This document shows positions 51,900 through 62,501 of a stretch of 64,000 nt of DNA, in pieces (position 1 is the first letter of the stretch; the number at the start of each line of letters is the position of its first letter). The DNA comes from a phage. The notes below the pieces were generated by a model, which had not been told where the DNA came from, made no database searches, and saw only the letters and a list, made by a program, of their open reading frames with translations. The position numbers and the translations under genes were made by a program. The stretch lies in NCBI GenBank assembly GCA_018995085.1, contig GCA_018995085.1_3936.1; one strand, 5' to 3'.

Positions 51900-52127
51900 T
51901 CAGAGGTCAATGCTAATACGTTCACCCTTAAGGACTCCTGTACGGTCCCTTGCAATCTTACCGTCAACAATAAGGATGTGTGCAGACCTTAAAGATTCAC
52001 TATTAAAACCTTTTACGAACTTACTAGGCATCACCACAATAAGCATCTCCTGAATCAAATCTGGAGTATAGCAGTTTTCGTGAAGTTGCTGAATAACGTC
52101 TGCAAGTGTCATTTTTGATGTCTCCAA
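51900..52127 (-). CDS. hypothetical small protein
   Basis: ORF track. Confidence 0.45.
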   Translation of the reverse strand: METSKMTLADVIQQLHENCYTPDLIQEMLIVVMPSKFVKGFNSESLRSAHILIVDGKIARDRTGVLKGERISIDL

Positions 52128-52324
52128 TACTCAATGTCAATAAGTTCTTGTGCAATGCTTTTAAGGTTACTTTTAAGGAAAACTTTCTCACCACCAGACA
52201 GGGAAGTGTTATCAATGAGTCTATTCATTTTCTCAAACAACTTCTGCTTACGGTTCTTGATAGTTTCCTTTGAAGCACCTTTCATCATTGCTGCATGGGT
52301 TCTTCCACGGTGACTCATAATCAC
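52109..52324 (-). CDS. hypothetical small protein
   Basis: ORF track. Confidence 0.45.
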   Translation of the reverse strand: MIMSHRGRTHAAMMKGASKETIKNRKQKLFEKMNRLIDNTSLSGGEKVFLKSNLKSIAQELIDIEYWRHQK

Positions 52325-52369
52325 TCCTATATAAGATATTGTATAAGGTACTCTTCCATGAGCACCTTG

Positions 52370-52921
52370 TCAACTTAGTTTTGCAAACTCTCCGTGGAGT
52401 TTCACAGCAGCTTCACAGTAAGCTTTATGGGCTTCTTCAGGCGTGTCAAACATACCAAGATGATAGTTTTTGCCTTGTAAACGTATCATTGCTCGAAACC
52501 TTTTATTTATCTTCTGTACACCTTTTGGCAACCCAGATGGGGACTTTCTTGACCGATTGCAAGCGTTTTGTGAAGCTGTACAAACCCTTAAATTCAAGTA
52601 CCTATTGTCCCAACCGTCCCCATTCTTATGGTCAACCTGTAAGGTTTTATCAGGCAGATATCCATCCACATACAAGATAACTAAACGATTTGCTTGGTAA
52701 CTCCTTCCATCAATCAACAACTGAACTGACTTGTGTCCATCAGTATTTGTTCTGTAGTTTCCAGCCCTCTTACCTCCAAATCTAGAGTTAAAGTTTGCAT
52801 TACCTTCTCTAAACTTCCAAGTAAAGACCCCTGCATCGGGGTCATACTCTAAAAGCTCCTTAAGACGAATTTCTGTAATCATTTCAACACCATCAATGTA
52901 CTTCCAACCAGCTCTTACCAA
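52370..52921 (-). CDS. HNH-AP2 homing endonuclease
   Basis: HNH motif VDHKNGDGWDNRYLNLRVCTASQN plus AP2-like KRFRAMIRLQGKNYHLGMFDTPEEAHKAY; abuts DNA polymerase gene. Confidence 0.8.
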   Translation of the reverse strand: MVRAGWKYIDGVEMITEIRLKELLEYDPDAGVFTWKFREGNANFNSRFGGKRAGNYRTNTDGHKSVQLLIDGRSYQANRLVILYVDGYLPDKTLQVDHKNGDGWDNRYLNLRVCTASQNACNRSRKSPSGLPKGVQKINKRFRAMIRLQGKNYHLGMFDTPEEAHKAYCEAAVKLHGEFAKLS

Positions 52922-55622
52922 CCTTACCTGTGCCAGTTACAAGCGTCTCACTCTTCAAACCTAAATTCTTAGATGCCTGACCATACATCCAGTCAGTTAT
53001 GGCTTTAACTTCTTGAGTCATACTTTCTGGGCATTCCCAACTGTTTTCATCGTGGTATGCCAGCAAAAGCCTAGCACCAATTGCTGGTTTTCGTCCATTT
53101 AATTTTGTCAATCCTTCTTCACATGCTCTTCTACAAGCAAGGTTAATTGCCTCATTTTGAATCTGAGCCTCTGAACCCATGAGCAAATAATTCAATAACT
53201 TATGTGGAGATTTACACCACAACCAAGCTCCAGCAACCTTTACAAAACCCCCTTTAGAGATTGCAGCAGTCTTACCAAACACCTCTTCAAGTGCCTTTTT
53301 AGTTGCTTTGTAGTCAGCTTCCAAGTCATCTAACAGCTTCTTAATTTTAGGCAAACGAATAAAGTAAGTCTGTTTAGTCAGTGCGCCTTCCTGAGTAGTT
53401 GCAGCTTTAATCGTCTTAGCAAACTTCTCATCACCTGCACCGAACAGCAGTGCATAGATACCATTCTTAGCTTTCTTACGACCCTTACTAATCTCATGGA
53501 GAAGGTTCTCATCCTGAGTAGCTCGACAAGTCAAGATATCCTGCTCATCATTCAAGCTAAAGTAAATACTGTTCAGTGTATGTGCATCAGTCCCTGAATA
53601 GACAACGTACAGGTCATTCTCAGAGTCATAGCGAAGGTACTTATCAATCTCTGGGTTGAGGTACTCATCAAAATGTTTGCAGTAATAGCGTCCATCTTCT
53701 TGACGAATAAACTCAATCTCTTCTTTGCCTTGCGTTACCGCTTTGGTGAACTCTTTATCACCCATAAAGTTGCAAAGGAGAACTAGCTGGGCTGAGTTCA
53801 TGTCTACAGAGACAACGTTAGTACCTTCTTCACAAATCCACACTGCCCTCATTGGTTCCCCATAGACAGCAGCACCAGACGGTACGTTTACAATACCATA
53901 TTGTGTCATACGTCCAGTTGAAGTGCCAAATACCATTGCACCAGCACTAAGGCGACCATCAGGACGAATCTGGTTCAGCCAACCTTTTTCATCATCCTTT
54001 GAGTTCTCAATAGTTCTGCGTCGGTGCATCAAAGTATAGTACTTAGCAATCTTCTGTCCAAGCTCACCTTCAATCGTATCATAAGACGATTCAGTAAGTT
54101 TTGGTGAAGTACGGATTAGGCAAGGCTCAAGTAAATCTGTGTATTTCTTCACAGACCAGTTATGCTCAATGTACTGTACACCTTCATGTTCAACATAACT
54201 CAATCCACACCGCTCAACCATTTCCTGCCACTTAGGATGCTTTGTAATCATCTTTTTATTGTCTTTGAAACGACAAACTTTGACAGGGCGACCATCTGAG
54301 TCTTTCTTGTAGTTCCAGTCATCTGGAATCCAACCAACTGATTTCAAGTAGTCTTTAACAACTGCTACCTGAGTCATACGAGAAACTTCAAACTCAATTG
54401 GTGTATATGGTGCATCAATCAAACCTGTGTAGCGACTTGACTCAAGTTCAAAGTGGTTAACAACGTGGCTGTTATAGTACTTCACAGTTTTGACTGTTTT
54501 TACTGGCTTCCAGTCTTTGCATTTCTTACCAATCTTTGCATTCAACTCATTGCAAATTGCACGAGCATCCTTCATTGCTACAAAGCCTTCCTTGTACTCT
54601 TCACCAGTTACAGAGTTGGTTGGTGTATAGCAATTTCTCTTTTCAATGTTAAAAATCTTTGTAGTTGGCTTACCAAATGGTTTGATTTCATATGTCTGCA
54701 TCTCACCATTACGTACCTGTTGACGATACTTTGTCTTAGGATACTTGGTAATCCTCTTCAGTCCATCTGCATGACCAAATGTTTCAACATACTCATTCCA
54801 AGCTTTTGCAAACTCTTCTCCAGTGACTTTACCTTTGGTCTTAATAGTTGGAGGTAGATGTGGTTCAACCTCTGAGGCAAGCTCATTAGTCAACTTGTCA
54901 AGCTCCTTTACATGGAACTCCATAAGCTCCTTATCAGCTTTCCAACCATTGATAGCTTGTTGACTCATCCAGAAAGATGTTTCTTTAGCTCGCATGTAGG
55001 TTTCATAAGTGTCTATGCCACACTTCTTAAGCTTGAGATACTCATTATCAAGTGCCCGTTTAGTTTTGGCGTTAATACGAATATCTTCTACAACACGAGT
55101 GAAGATTTCTGCATTCCACACACCCCAATGCTCAATCTCTGGTTTACGAACACCAACACGAGCACCCCATGCAGCCAAACCATGAGCACCTTTATAACCC
55201 TTTGGAGTTGGTCTATCCATCCACTGAACACGAGACTGAATAAGAGAATCCTGAAAGAAATTACTCCACGGCTTACATTTTGGATTATCAAAGTTCCATA
55301 AATCCGGTGCAATGTGATTGAAAACCCACCAGTCATAACCGAGACCATTATGGATACAAAGTCGTTTTGCCTTTAACGCAAACTCAACACCTTCACGTAA
55401 ACCACCCTTAATGTACTTAGTGTACTTGTGACCGAGGATAGGCTCATCTGTGAAGACCCATACAGGTGGCTCTTCATCGTCAGATTTATAGTCTGCAAAA
55501 GCCATTACGTGAACTTTAGTGAACTCAAGGAGTAAACCATCAGTTTCTGTATCACCAACTAAATGTAAGTTCTTAAAATCTACGTTTTCCATTTTTACTC
55601 CCTCTAAAATCATTAACCTCAT
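52893..55622 (-). CDS. DNA polymerase, family A (Pol I/T7-like)
   Basis: 909 aa with family A polymerase core; clustered with ligase and primase-helicase. Confidence 0.8.
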   Translation of the reverse strand: MRLMILEGVKMENVDFKNLHLVGDTETDGLLLEFTKVHVMAFADYKSDDEEPPVWVFTDEPILGHKYTKYIKGGLREGVEFALKAKRLCIHNGLGYDWWVFNHIAPDLWNFDNPKCKPWSNFFQDSLIQSRVQWMDRPTPKGYKGAHGLAAWGARVGVRKPEIEHWGVWNAEIFTRVVEDIRINAKTKRALDNEYLKLKKCGIDTYETYMRAKETSFWMSQQAINGWKADKELMEFHVKELDKLTNELASEVEPHLPPTIKTKGKVTGEEFAKAWNEYVETFGHADGLKRITKYPKTKYRQQVRNGEMQTYEIKPFGKPTTKIFNIEKRNCYTPTNSVTGEEYKEGFVAMKDARAICNELNAKIGKKCKDWKPVKTVKTVKYYNSHVVNHFELESSRYTGLIDAPYTPIEFEVSRMTQVAVVKDYLKSVGWIPDDWNYKKDSDGRPVKVCRFKDNKKMITKHPKWQEMVERCGLSYVEHEGVQYIEHNWSVKKYTDLLEPCLIRTSPKLTESSYDTIEGELGQKIAKYYTLMHRRRTIENSKDDEKGWLNQIRPDGRLSAGAMVFGTSTGRMTQYGIVNVPSGAAVYGEPMRAVWICEEGTNVVSVDMNSAQLVLLCNFMGDKEFTKAVTQGKEEIEFIRQEDGRYYCKHFDEYLNPEIDKYLRYDSENDLYVVYSGTDAHTLNSIYFSLNDEQDILTCRATQDENLLHEISKGRKKAKNGIYALLFGAGDEKFAKTIKAATTQEGALTKQTYFIRLPKIKKLLDDLEADYKATKKALEEVFGKTAAISKGGFVKVAGAWLWCKSPHKLLNYLLMGSEAQIQNEAINLACRRACEEGLTKLNGRKPAIGARLLLAYHDENSWECPESMTQEVKAITDWMYGQASKNLGLKSETLVTGTGKVGKSWLEVH

Positions 55623-55652
55623 ACATTACTGCAAAAAATTATAAAAAGCAAG

Positions 55653-55677
55653 TTGACAATGTACTTGACAAGGTGTT
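55653..55677. promoter_or_regulatory. conserved 25-nt motif GTTGACAATGTACTTGACAAGGTGT in divergent promoter region
   Basis: 24 of 25 nt identical to 13611-13635; two TTGACA hexamers. Confidence 0.5.
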
Positions 55678-55849
55678 AATCTTTGCGAAGTGGGTTTTTA
55701 CTTAAAAGGTTACTTAACAGTTTAACTATACAGATACTTTAAAACTCTTAAAAGATTATTTAATAGCTTTTAAAAAGCTTTAAAGTATAACGTATAGAAT
55801 ACGTTAAGATAAAAGATTAAAACTTAATAGTTACTTAAAAGAGGCTTAC

Positions 55850-56272
55850 ATGCAGAAAATGTTTGTTCACCCAGACATAGCTGACTTTGTTAGAGCTTTG
55901 CAGAAGTTGGAAGAACTTGACATTGCTGCTCAACGGGAATATGCTCACCATCACAGGAGAATGGTTGATATACAACATGAAATAGAGTTGTCTGAAAACT
56001 ATGAAGATGACTTAAAATGCTCTGTATTTGAGCATATGAAAGATGTTGCTACAGCGAGACGTAAAGCTAAAGACACAGTTGCTTTACTAGATTCTCTTAA
56101 AAAGAGGTTGCAAAGTGGTACAGACCTGTGTAATCTAGCGTCACTGATTAACGATGTTGAAACTTCTTGGGATAGGCACTATTATCCACGTTCTGAAAAG
56201 ACACTTGACTTTTCTTCATCTGAAAACTTAAAATGTTCTAGAAAGAAACTTAACCAACTGAGAGAGAAATAA
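55850..56272 (+). CDS. hypothetical protein
   Basis: ORF track. Confidence 0.55.
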   Translation: MQKMFVHPDIADFVRALQKLEELDIAAQREYAHHHRRMVDIQHEIELSENYEDDLKCSVFEHMKDVATARRKAKDTVALLDSLKKRLQSGTDLCNLASLINDVETSWDRHYYPRSEKTLDFSSSENLKCSRKKLNQLREK

Positions 56273-56273
56273 T

Positions 56274-57074
56274 ATGAATATCGATGTAGAAAAGATGCTT
56301 GAAGAAAAAGGTATTGACGAAGCATTTTTAATCAATGCCGTAGAAAGCATGGCTATGATTCTTCGTGGGAACAACTACACAGAACAGTTTATGCCTGCAA
56401 GCTATAACTTGCCTGAAGACAAGTCTGATAACGGTGCTTTTGCAGAACAGGTCAACATGATGCTTTGCGACAAAACACTTGCTTTAGCATCTATCGTTGT
56501 AGGTGTTGATGCTCTTGCAGAGTTCATTTTTTATGAGATGCAGAAAAATGACTATATTGCCATGACCACTGAAGAAAAAGACTTGCTACTACTCGCAGGT
56601 AATGATGAGCTAATTGACCTGTTAATTTCATCAACCAGTGCTGTTATGGCTGCTCTTGAGAAGCGAATGGAAGAGAAGTTGTCACGATATGAAAAACTTG
56701 ATTGGGGTGTAGAAGAACTAAACCCACGAATCAAGGAGATTATCCAGCAAACTAAAGAGTCTTTGGAAGAAGCTGTTGAGAATGACTCTGTAGCTGATAT
56801 AGAACCGCTTCAGGTGAAAGTTGCACTGATGATTCCAGCTATCTCTACGATGATGAATATCGTTGCACTAATCCAACTTTCACAGATGATGGGTGTGAGT
56901 ATTGAGTTCATTGAAGAGATGACTGGTGGCGTCAGTATGCAAGCAATCAATGATGTTTTGGTGAACATTGGTGCTTCCATCATTGAGGAGAAACTACGCA
57001 TTAACTTCGGTGATGATTTTGTGAAGCAAATCTCAGCTATGACTGAAAAAGAGTCTGCTGAGCAACTGCACTAA
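56274..57074 (+). CDS. hypothetical protein
   Basis: ORF track; followed by terminator. Confidence 0.55.
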   Translation: MNIDVEKMLEEKGIDEAFLINAVESMAMILRGNNYTEQFMPASYNLPEDKSDNGAFAEQVNMMLCDKTLALASIVVGVDALAEFIFYEMQKNDYIAMTTEEKDLLLLAGNDELIDLLISSTSAVMAALEKRMEEKLSRYEKLDWGVEELNPRIKEIIQQTKESLEEAVENDSVADIEPLQVKVALMIPAISTMMNIVALIQLSQMMGVSIEFIEEMTGGVSMQAINDVLVNIGASIIEEKLRINFGDDFVKQISAMTEKESAEQLH

Positions 57075-57092
57075 GTCTTTATAAATCTTACA

Positions 57093-57116
57093 AGCCTCCT
57101 TAGTTGGGGGCTTTTT
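57093..57116 (+). terminator. Rho-independent terminator (AGCCTCC-ttagtt-GGGGGCT + TTTTT)
   Basis: GC hairpin plus T-run. Confidence 0.65.
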
Positions 57117-57135
57117 AGTAATTAATGGAGATAAA

Positions 57136-57879
57136 ATGAGTAATATTATCGCCTTTACTGGAAAGGCACGTTCTGGAAAAGACACCTCATGTTCTATTGT
57201 GAAGAACATTTTAGAGGATGAGTATGGCTACAATGTTGAAGTAATGGCCTTTGCAGACAACCTTAAACTATCTGCATCAAAGATATTTGACTTGACTTGG
57301 AATGACCTGTACGGTGAAACTAAAGAGACTCCACAGGTTTTTGACTTATCATATCCTGAACTGATGTTTAAAGTTACGGAAGCTATGGAGTTCACCTTCA
57401 GAGATGAACGTTACCATATGGACTTCAAGCTTATGTCAGAGTTAACCGGACGATTAATCATGGAGCTTAAGAAGGTTGCTAAACCTACCCTATTAACACG
57501 TCTGGGATTTAGTAAAAAGTATAAATTCTCATCAAGACAAATTCAACAGATTTGGGGTACTGAAGTTGTCCGTAAAGTAATGGGCGACAAGTTCTGGTCT
57601 AAAGACCTTGAAAAAAGAATGGTTAGATTCCATGAAATGTGCTCACTTAGAAATCAATATGGTTTTGTCTTAATCAGTGATTTAAGATTTGACTCTGAAG
57701 CTGAATGGCTGAGTAGATTTGCACACCAAACTATTGAAGTAAAAAGAGACAATGTGGACAAAGTTTCATCACATGTTTCAGAAAATGGGATTTCTACAAA
57801 ATATGAGCGTGACATTATTCATAATAATGGTACTCTTGCAGACCTTGAGAACAAGCTAAGAGCCATCATTAAAGTTTAA
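57136..57879 (+). CDS. deoxynucleoside monophosphate kinase (T4 gp1-like)
   Basis: P-loop FTGKARSGKDT; collinear similarity to T4 dNMP kinase (HVSE, NNGTLADL near C-terminus). Confidence 0.75.
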   Translation: MSNIIAFTGKARSGKDTSCSIVKNILEDEYGYNVEVMAFADNLKLSASKIFDLTWNDLYGETKETPQVFDLSYPELMFKVTEAMEFTFRDERYHMDFKLMSELTGRLIMELKKVAKPTLLTRLGFSKKYKFSSRQIQQIWGTEVVRKVMGDKFWSKDLEKRMVRFHEMCSLRNQYGFVLISDLRFDSEAEWLSRFAHQTIEVKRDNVDKVSSHVSENGISTKYERDIIHNNGTLADLENKLRAIIKV

Positions 57880-57887
57880 AAGAGAGA

Positions 57888-58088
57888 ATGAAGATGAGAG
57901 TAAAAGACAATTTTAAAGTTATTGACCACCGTTTAGTGGAACTCTCATCTCTTTCCAATGAGGTAATGATTGAACGTCTTAAGAGAGTTGAATCACGAAG
58001 GAAAGAGATTGCAGATGAAATTCATGAACTGGACAAGATTGAAAATGGATTGAAGGCAGAACTACAACGAAGAGGTGCTAATGTCTAA
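57888..58088 (+). CDS. hypothetical small coiled-coil protein
   Basis: ORF track. Confidence 0.45.
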   Translation: MKMRVKDNFKVIDHRLVELSSLSNEVMIERLKRVESRRKEIADEIHELDKIENGLKAELQRRGANV

Positions 58089-60066
58089 AGGTCGTAAATT
58101 GAAAGAGGCTGGTCAGTTTGTTGGTCATTGCGCATGTCCACGTTGTGGTTCATCAGATGCTGGTTCAATCTATCATCATGACGATGATTCTTATTCAATG
58201 ACCTGCTTTAGTTGTAACAAGGGTTTCCCAGAGTGGGATTTTGATAAAGGACAAATCGTGAGCACTTATTCTACTGGTTCAGACAATAAAAACCGTACTT
58301 TCCGTGGAATGGACTTAGAAGATGTAAAAGAAAACCTAGAAGCAATGGACTTGAAAGACAGGAAGATTCCTGCAAAAGTCCTTGAACGCTTAGGTATCAA
58401 GGTTGACATTGACAGTGATGGTGAAATTGACGCACATTTCTACCCAACTTACAAACGTAATGAAGATGGTAAGCTAGAACATGTTGGCTACCGTGTTCGT
58501 CACCGTTACCCAGAAGACCATCCAAAAGAGCACCTACGTGGTAAGCTAAAAGACTTTTCTGGTGGTGTTGGAGACATTAAAGGTGAACTAGCAATGTTCG
58601 GTTCATGGATTGCTCCAGAAGGTGGTAACCGTCTATTCATCTGGGAAGGTGAGATGGAATGTGCGACAGCAATCTATATGACTTCTCTTGCGATTAAGGA
58701 CAAATCTCGTCGTAAGAATTACTGTCACGTATCTGTTCCGTCAGGTGCAAACATTAAGTCTATCAAAGATAACTATCAGTACATTACATCATTTGATGAA
58801 ATTTACTTGTGCTTTGATAACGATGAAGCAGGTGCTAAAGCTACCAAAGAGGCTGCTGGTATCCTACCTATTGAGAAGGTTCGTTTATTCCAGTATCCAG
58901 AAGGTGTAAAAGACCTTAACGAATGGTGGACAAAGTTCTATAAAGAGAAAGACACAGTTCTTGAAGGGTTTAAGCAGCGTATCTACAATGCGCCCCGTTA
59001 CTGCCCTGCTGGTATCAAGAACTTCGCAGATGGTTTTGAGGCAATGAAGAATCGTGGTCAGATTCCATTGATTCCTTTCCCAGAATCTTTCGGAGATTTG
59101 AACAGGCTGACTTATGGCGGTTATGGTTTAGGTGAGATTACAACTCTGGCAGCACCATCTTCAGTGGGTAAATCAGCATACACTCGTGAAATGATTTATA
59201 CTGCTTGGAAAGATACCGATTACAATATTGGTGTAATTCCGGTCGAAGATACCTATGAAGAGTTGATGGAGATGCTCTGTGCAATCCACCTCAGCAAGCA
59301 GATTTCTGAGATTCCTTATGACGAACGTGATTGGGATGAATTGAAGGAAGCACATGCAGAGCTATCTAAAGGTCGTCGTATCCACATCGTAGACCATCAA
59401 GGTGCAATTGACCAAGATAACCTGCTGGAATTTGTTGACTATCTTGTTAACAGTTTAGACTGTAAGATTATTATTCTTGACCCTATTACGTTGGCTCTGT
59501 CACGTTCAGATACGGATGAAGAGGAAGTTTTGTCTGAACTATTGCGCCGTTGCAAACGCTACCAGTATGCACAGGTGAACGTCTGTCACGTTCGTAAGAG
59601 CGCAGGGGGTCAGAAAGCCAACTCTGAAGGTGGAGATATCTCTGAAGAGGATATCAAAGGCTCTGGTGCGTATTTCCAGATTTCTATGAACAACATTCTG
59701 TTAATGCGTAACAAGGTTGACCCAGACCCTGTTAAGAAAAACTTGACAAAAATCAAGTTAACTAAGTGCCGTCGGCATGGTAAGTCAACTGGTATTGCTG
59801 GTCATACTTGGTACAATCCAGATACAGGACGTCTCATCAAAGCATCTGGTTGTGGAGTTGACATTGATGGTGCAGCAGAAAACATTCGCCAGCAGTTTGG
59901 TATTGGTGAAGTTGAAGACCATTACGATGACTCTTTGCCACATTATGAGGATGAAGTGTTTGACCGTGAGACTGGTGAAGTCTATACTGAAGAGCAGCGT
60001 CAAAGCTCAACGATTCCACCTGTATTAAGTGAGGATGTAGATGACTGCCCGTTCGAAACTGAGTGA
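58075..60066 (+). CDS. primase-helicase (T7 gp4-like)
   Basis: N-terminal zinc ribbon CPRCG..CFSCNKGF, TOPRIM-like DNDEAG, helicase Walker A APSSVGKSAYTRE. Confidence 0.85.
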   Translation: MLMSKGRKLKEAGQFVGHCACPRCGSSDAGSIYHHDDDSYSMTCFSCNKGFPEWDFDKGQIVSTYSTGSDNKNRTFRGMDLEDVKENLEAMDLKDRKIPAKVLERLGIKVDIDSDGEIDAHFYPTYKRNEDGKLEHVGYRVRHRYPEDHPKEHLRGKLKDFSGGVGDIKGELAMFGSWIAPEGGNRLFIWEGEMECATAIYMTSLAIKDKSRRKNYCHVSVPSGANIKSIKDNYQYITSFDEIYLCFDNDEAGAKATKEAAGILPIEKVRLFQYPEGVKDLNEWWTKFYKEKDTVLEGFKQRIYNAPRYCPAGIKNFADGFEAMKNRGQIPLIPFPESFGDLNRLTYGGYGLGEITTLAAPSSVGKSAYTREMIYTAWKDTDYNIGVIPVEDTYEELMEMLCAIHLSKQISEIPYDERDWDELKEAHAELSKGRRIHIVDHQGAIDQDNLLEFVDYLVNSLDCKIIILDPITLALSRSDTDEEEVLSELLRRCKRYQYAQVNVCHVRKSAGGQKANSEGGDISEEDIKGSGAYFQISMNNILLMRNKVDPDPVKKNLTKIKLTKCRRHGKSTGIAGHTWYNPDTGRLIKASGCGVDIDGAAENIRQQFGIGEVEDHYDDSLPHYEDEVFDRETGEVYTEEQRQSSTIPPVLSEDVDDCPFETE

Positions 60067-60474
60067 TAGCTATAAAAGAGAGGGGTTCACACCCTTCTTT
60101 GAAGAAAAAAGTTTAAATAAATTTCAGGAAGAGTGTTTGACAAAGATTGATAGGTTCTATAGAATGCTCTGCATGAAATGTGATGGAGGCGTTGAGGTAG
60201 AAGAAAACTTCCATCACAGTATTATTACAGTCACTATTACTATACCTCAGCATAATATTGGTTGGCTGTTTATAATGAAAGAAAATGTGTTTGAATATCA
60301 AGTATATCGGAGAATATCATGAAACACTCTAAAGCATTTGAAAAAGTTTTTGGTGATTCCTTAAAAGCCACTGCTGGAAAACCAGCAAAATACTATGAAG
60401 AAAAACGTGTAAGAACTGGAAAAACTGCACGTAAAGCAGCTTCTAAAGATAAGCACAACTTCCAGTAATTAGTA

Positions 60475-60503
60475 TTTGACAATAGAGTATCAACAAACTA
60501 GAA
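60475..60503 (+). promoter_or_regulatory. sigma70-like promoter TTGACA-N17-TAGAAT
   Basis: hexamers read directly upstream of 60541 gene. Confidence 0.55.
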
Positions 60504-60540
60504 TTGGTACTCTTCATAAATTGAGATAGAGGTTTAAATA

Positions 60541-61398
60541 ATGTCTAAAGTTGTTAAAATGAAAGCTCCGGTAGAGAAGTACAACGGTACTGAGCGTCAA
60601 ACTCTGCGTTACCTGCTGAAAGATGTCTGGTTTTATTACCTGAACACTTCACCACGTCCGGGAAAAGGTAAGTCTATTGATAAGAAATTCCCAGGAAAAG
60701 ACTGTAACTACAGCGTATCAATTCTGGCAGAAGACGGTAACAAACTGTTTAAAGAGTTTACTAAGTCTAAGAAAAATCCAGAAGGCTGGGATAAAGTCAC
60801 CACTGAAGCAGTTGATGCAGATGACTTCGAAGAGAAGTTTGGTTGTAAACCACCTTTTGAAGCAGACACTTACTACATCTTGAAAGTAAGTCGTGCAGCA
60901 GCTTATAAGGATGGTGCTGTATGGACAGCTAAACAGTCATTCCCTGTAATGCTGATTGAAGAAGTAAATGGTAAGCGTGTAGCTGTTAAGCAGCCAATGA
61001 AGAAAATCAAAGCTCAAGCATCTGATAAACATGAAGATGACAAGAACTATGATGTAATTCACCCAGATATTGCAGTTGGCAACGGTTCTTTTGGTAGTGT
61101 GATTCTTTCTACTCACTTCTACACTTTTGAGAACAATGTTCTGACAAAACCTATTCAGGAACAGTTTATCATTGATACTCTTGTGCCTTACACTGGTGGT
61201 AACGGTGCTAATGGTGAACCTGAACTGGATGAAGATGAACTGGCTATGCTTGGTCTTGATGGTGTCGAAGATAACGGTGAAATCACTGAAGAAGATGCAA
61301 CAGACCATAAATCTTCGAATGAGTCTGATGATGGTGATGATGAAGATTTGCCAGACCCAGATGACGAAGAGGATGAAGACTTCGATACAGAAGACTAA
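60541..61398 (+). CDS. putative single-stranded DNA-binding protein with acidic C-terminal tail
   Basis: strongly acidic C-terminal 60 aa ending EEDEDFDTED; position in replication module. Confidence 0.4.
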   Translation: MSKVVKMKAPVEKYNGTERQTLRYLLKDVWFYYLNTSPRPGKGKSIDKKFPGKDCNYSVSILAEDGNKLFKEFTKSKKNPEGWDKVTTEAVDADDFEEKFGCKPPFEADTYYILKVSRAAAYKDGAVWTAKQSFPVMLIEEVNGKRVAVKQPMKKIKAQASDKHEDDKNYDVIHPDIAVGNGSFGSVILSTHFYTFENNVLTKPIQEQFIIDTLVPYTGGNGANGEPELDEDELAMLGLDGVEDNGEITEEDATDHKSSNESDDGDDEDLPDPDDEEDEDFDTED

Positions 61399-61417
61399 TC
61401 TCTAAAAGTTACTTTAA

Positions 61418-61444
61418 AGCCCTGTACTTAGTATGGGGCTTTTT
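61418..61444 (+). terminator. Rho-independent terminator (AGCCCT..GGGGCT + TTTTT)
   Basis: hairpin plus T-run after 60541..61398. Confidence 0.6.
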
Positions 61445-61460
61445 CATATGGAGAGCCATA

Positions 61461-62501
61461 ATGGAGAAGTACACATTAACAAAGCTTCCCGATTCAGTTA
61501 CACATGTCTTTATTGACTCTGACAGTATTGCCTATAAAGGTGCTTGTGTAGTTGAGAAAGCAAAATATAAATACGTCAATAAACTCACAGCAGAAGAATC
61601 TGAGCCATTTGATAATGCGAAAGATGCTGCAAGATGGTTAGCAGACCAGAGAATCCTTGTGGAAGAGCTTGGCCTGACATTTGATGAAGATGAATGGGAA
61701 AGACAGACTTGGAAAGAAGCTAAGAGTGAAAAAGAAGCTATCATGGCTACTCAACAGGTGCTTCAGGAATGGCTTAAGGTTGTTGGTAAAGAGAGAACTT
61801 GGGTAGGTTATTTAACAGAGAAAGGTGTGCATAAACATAAAGACATTAAAGGTCTTGAGCACCAATATCAAGGTAACCGTAAAGATGCTGTCACACCAAC
61901 ACACTTAGTTGCTTGTCGTGAATATCTTTTATCCAGACCAGAGTTCAAGCTTTTAAAGGGTGGCTTCGAAGCTGATTCAATTGTAATTGCTAAAGCTGAA
62001 AAGATGGGTAAGAAAGCTGCTCTTATGAGTATTGACAAAGACCTTCGACAAGCTGAAGGAACTTATTGTATTGATATGACTTATGAAAAATCACCACTAA
62101 TCTTTATTGCTGACAATAATGTTGGTGATATCTGGGATTGTCCTATCAAGTCAAAACCAAAAGCTGCAAAAACAGTTGGTGTAGGTTTTAAATTCTTGTG
62201 CTATCAGGCTGTTGCTGGAGATAATGCAGACAACTACTTCGGACTTAAAGGTGCTGGTAAAGTAGCTGTGATGAATGCTTTAGATGGTAAAGAGACCTAC
62301 AAAGAGTGTCTTGATGCTATCTATGAACTCTATGCTAAAAAAGACTCTTACACCTATGTATCATGGGATGGACAGACTGTTACAAAGACACCGTTAGAAC
62401 TAATGGAACAGCATTTCTGGATAGCTTATCAAGAAAGAAATCCAAAAGATAATTTCTCTTTTAAGAAATATAATTGGGAGCCGTGTATGAATGAAGATTA
62501 A
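61461..62501 (+). CDS. 5'-3' exonuclease / flap endonuclease (T5 D15-like)
   Basis: FIDSDSIAYKG N-terminal motif, FEADSIVIA and GDNADNYFGLKGAG blocks. Confidence 0.7.
   Translation: MEKYTLTKLPDSVTHVFIDSDSIAYKGACVVEKAKYKYVNKLTAEESEPFDNAKDAARWLADQRILVEELGLTFDEDEWERQTWKEAKSEKEAIMATQQVLQEWLKVVGKERTWVGYLTEKGVHKHKDIKGLEHQYQGNRKDAVTPTHLVACREYLLSRPEFKLLKGGFEADSIVIAKAEKMGKKAALMSIDKDLRQAEGTYCIDMTYEKSPLIFIADNNVGDIWDCPIKSKPKAAKTVGVGFKFLCYQAVAGDNADNYFGLKGAGKVAVMNALDGKETYKECLDAIYELYAKKDSYTYVSWDGQTVTKTPLELMEQHFWIAYQERNPKDNFSFKKYNWEPCMNED

Noticed and set aside
54453-55301. Two plus-strand ORFs (134 and 129 aa) inside the DNA polymerase gene
   Set aside because: Antisense to the polymerase; low-complexity hydrophobic translations typical of spurious AT-rich reading frames.
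60041-60322. 93-aa ORF overlapping the primase-helicase 3' end
   Set aside because: Starts inside the primase-helicase coding region in another frame with no SD; a short basic ORF at 60319-60468 is more plausible but below the size threshold.
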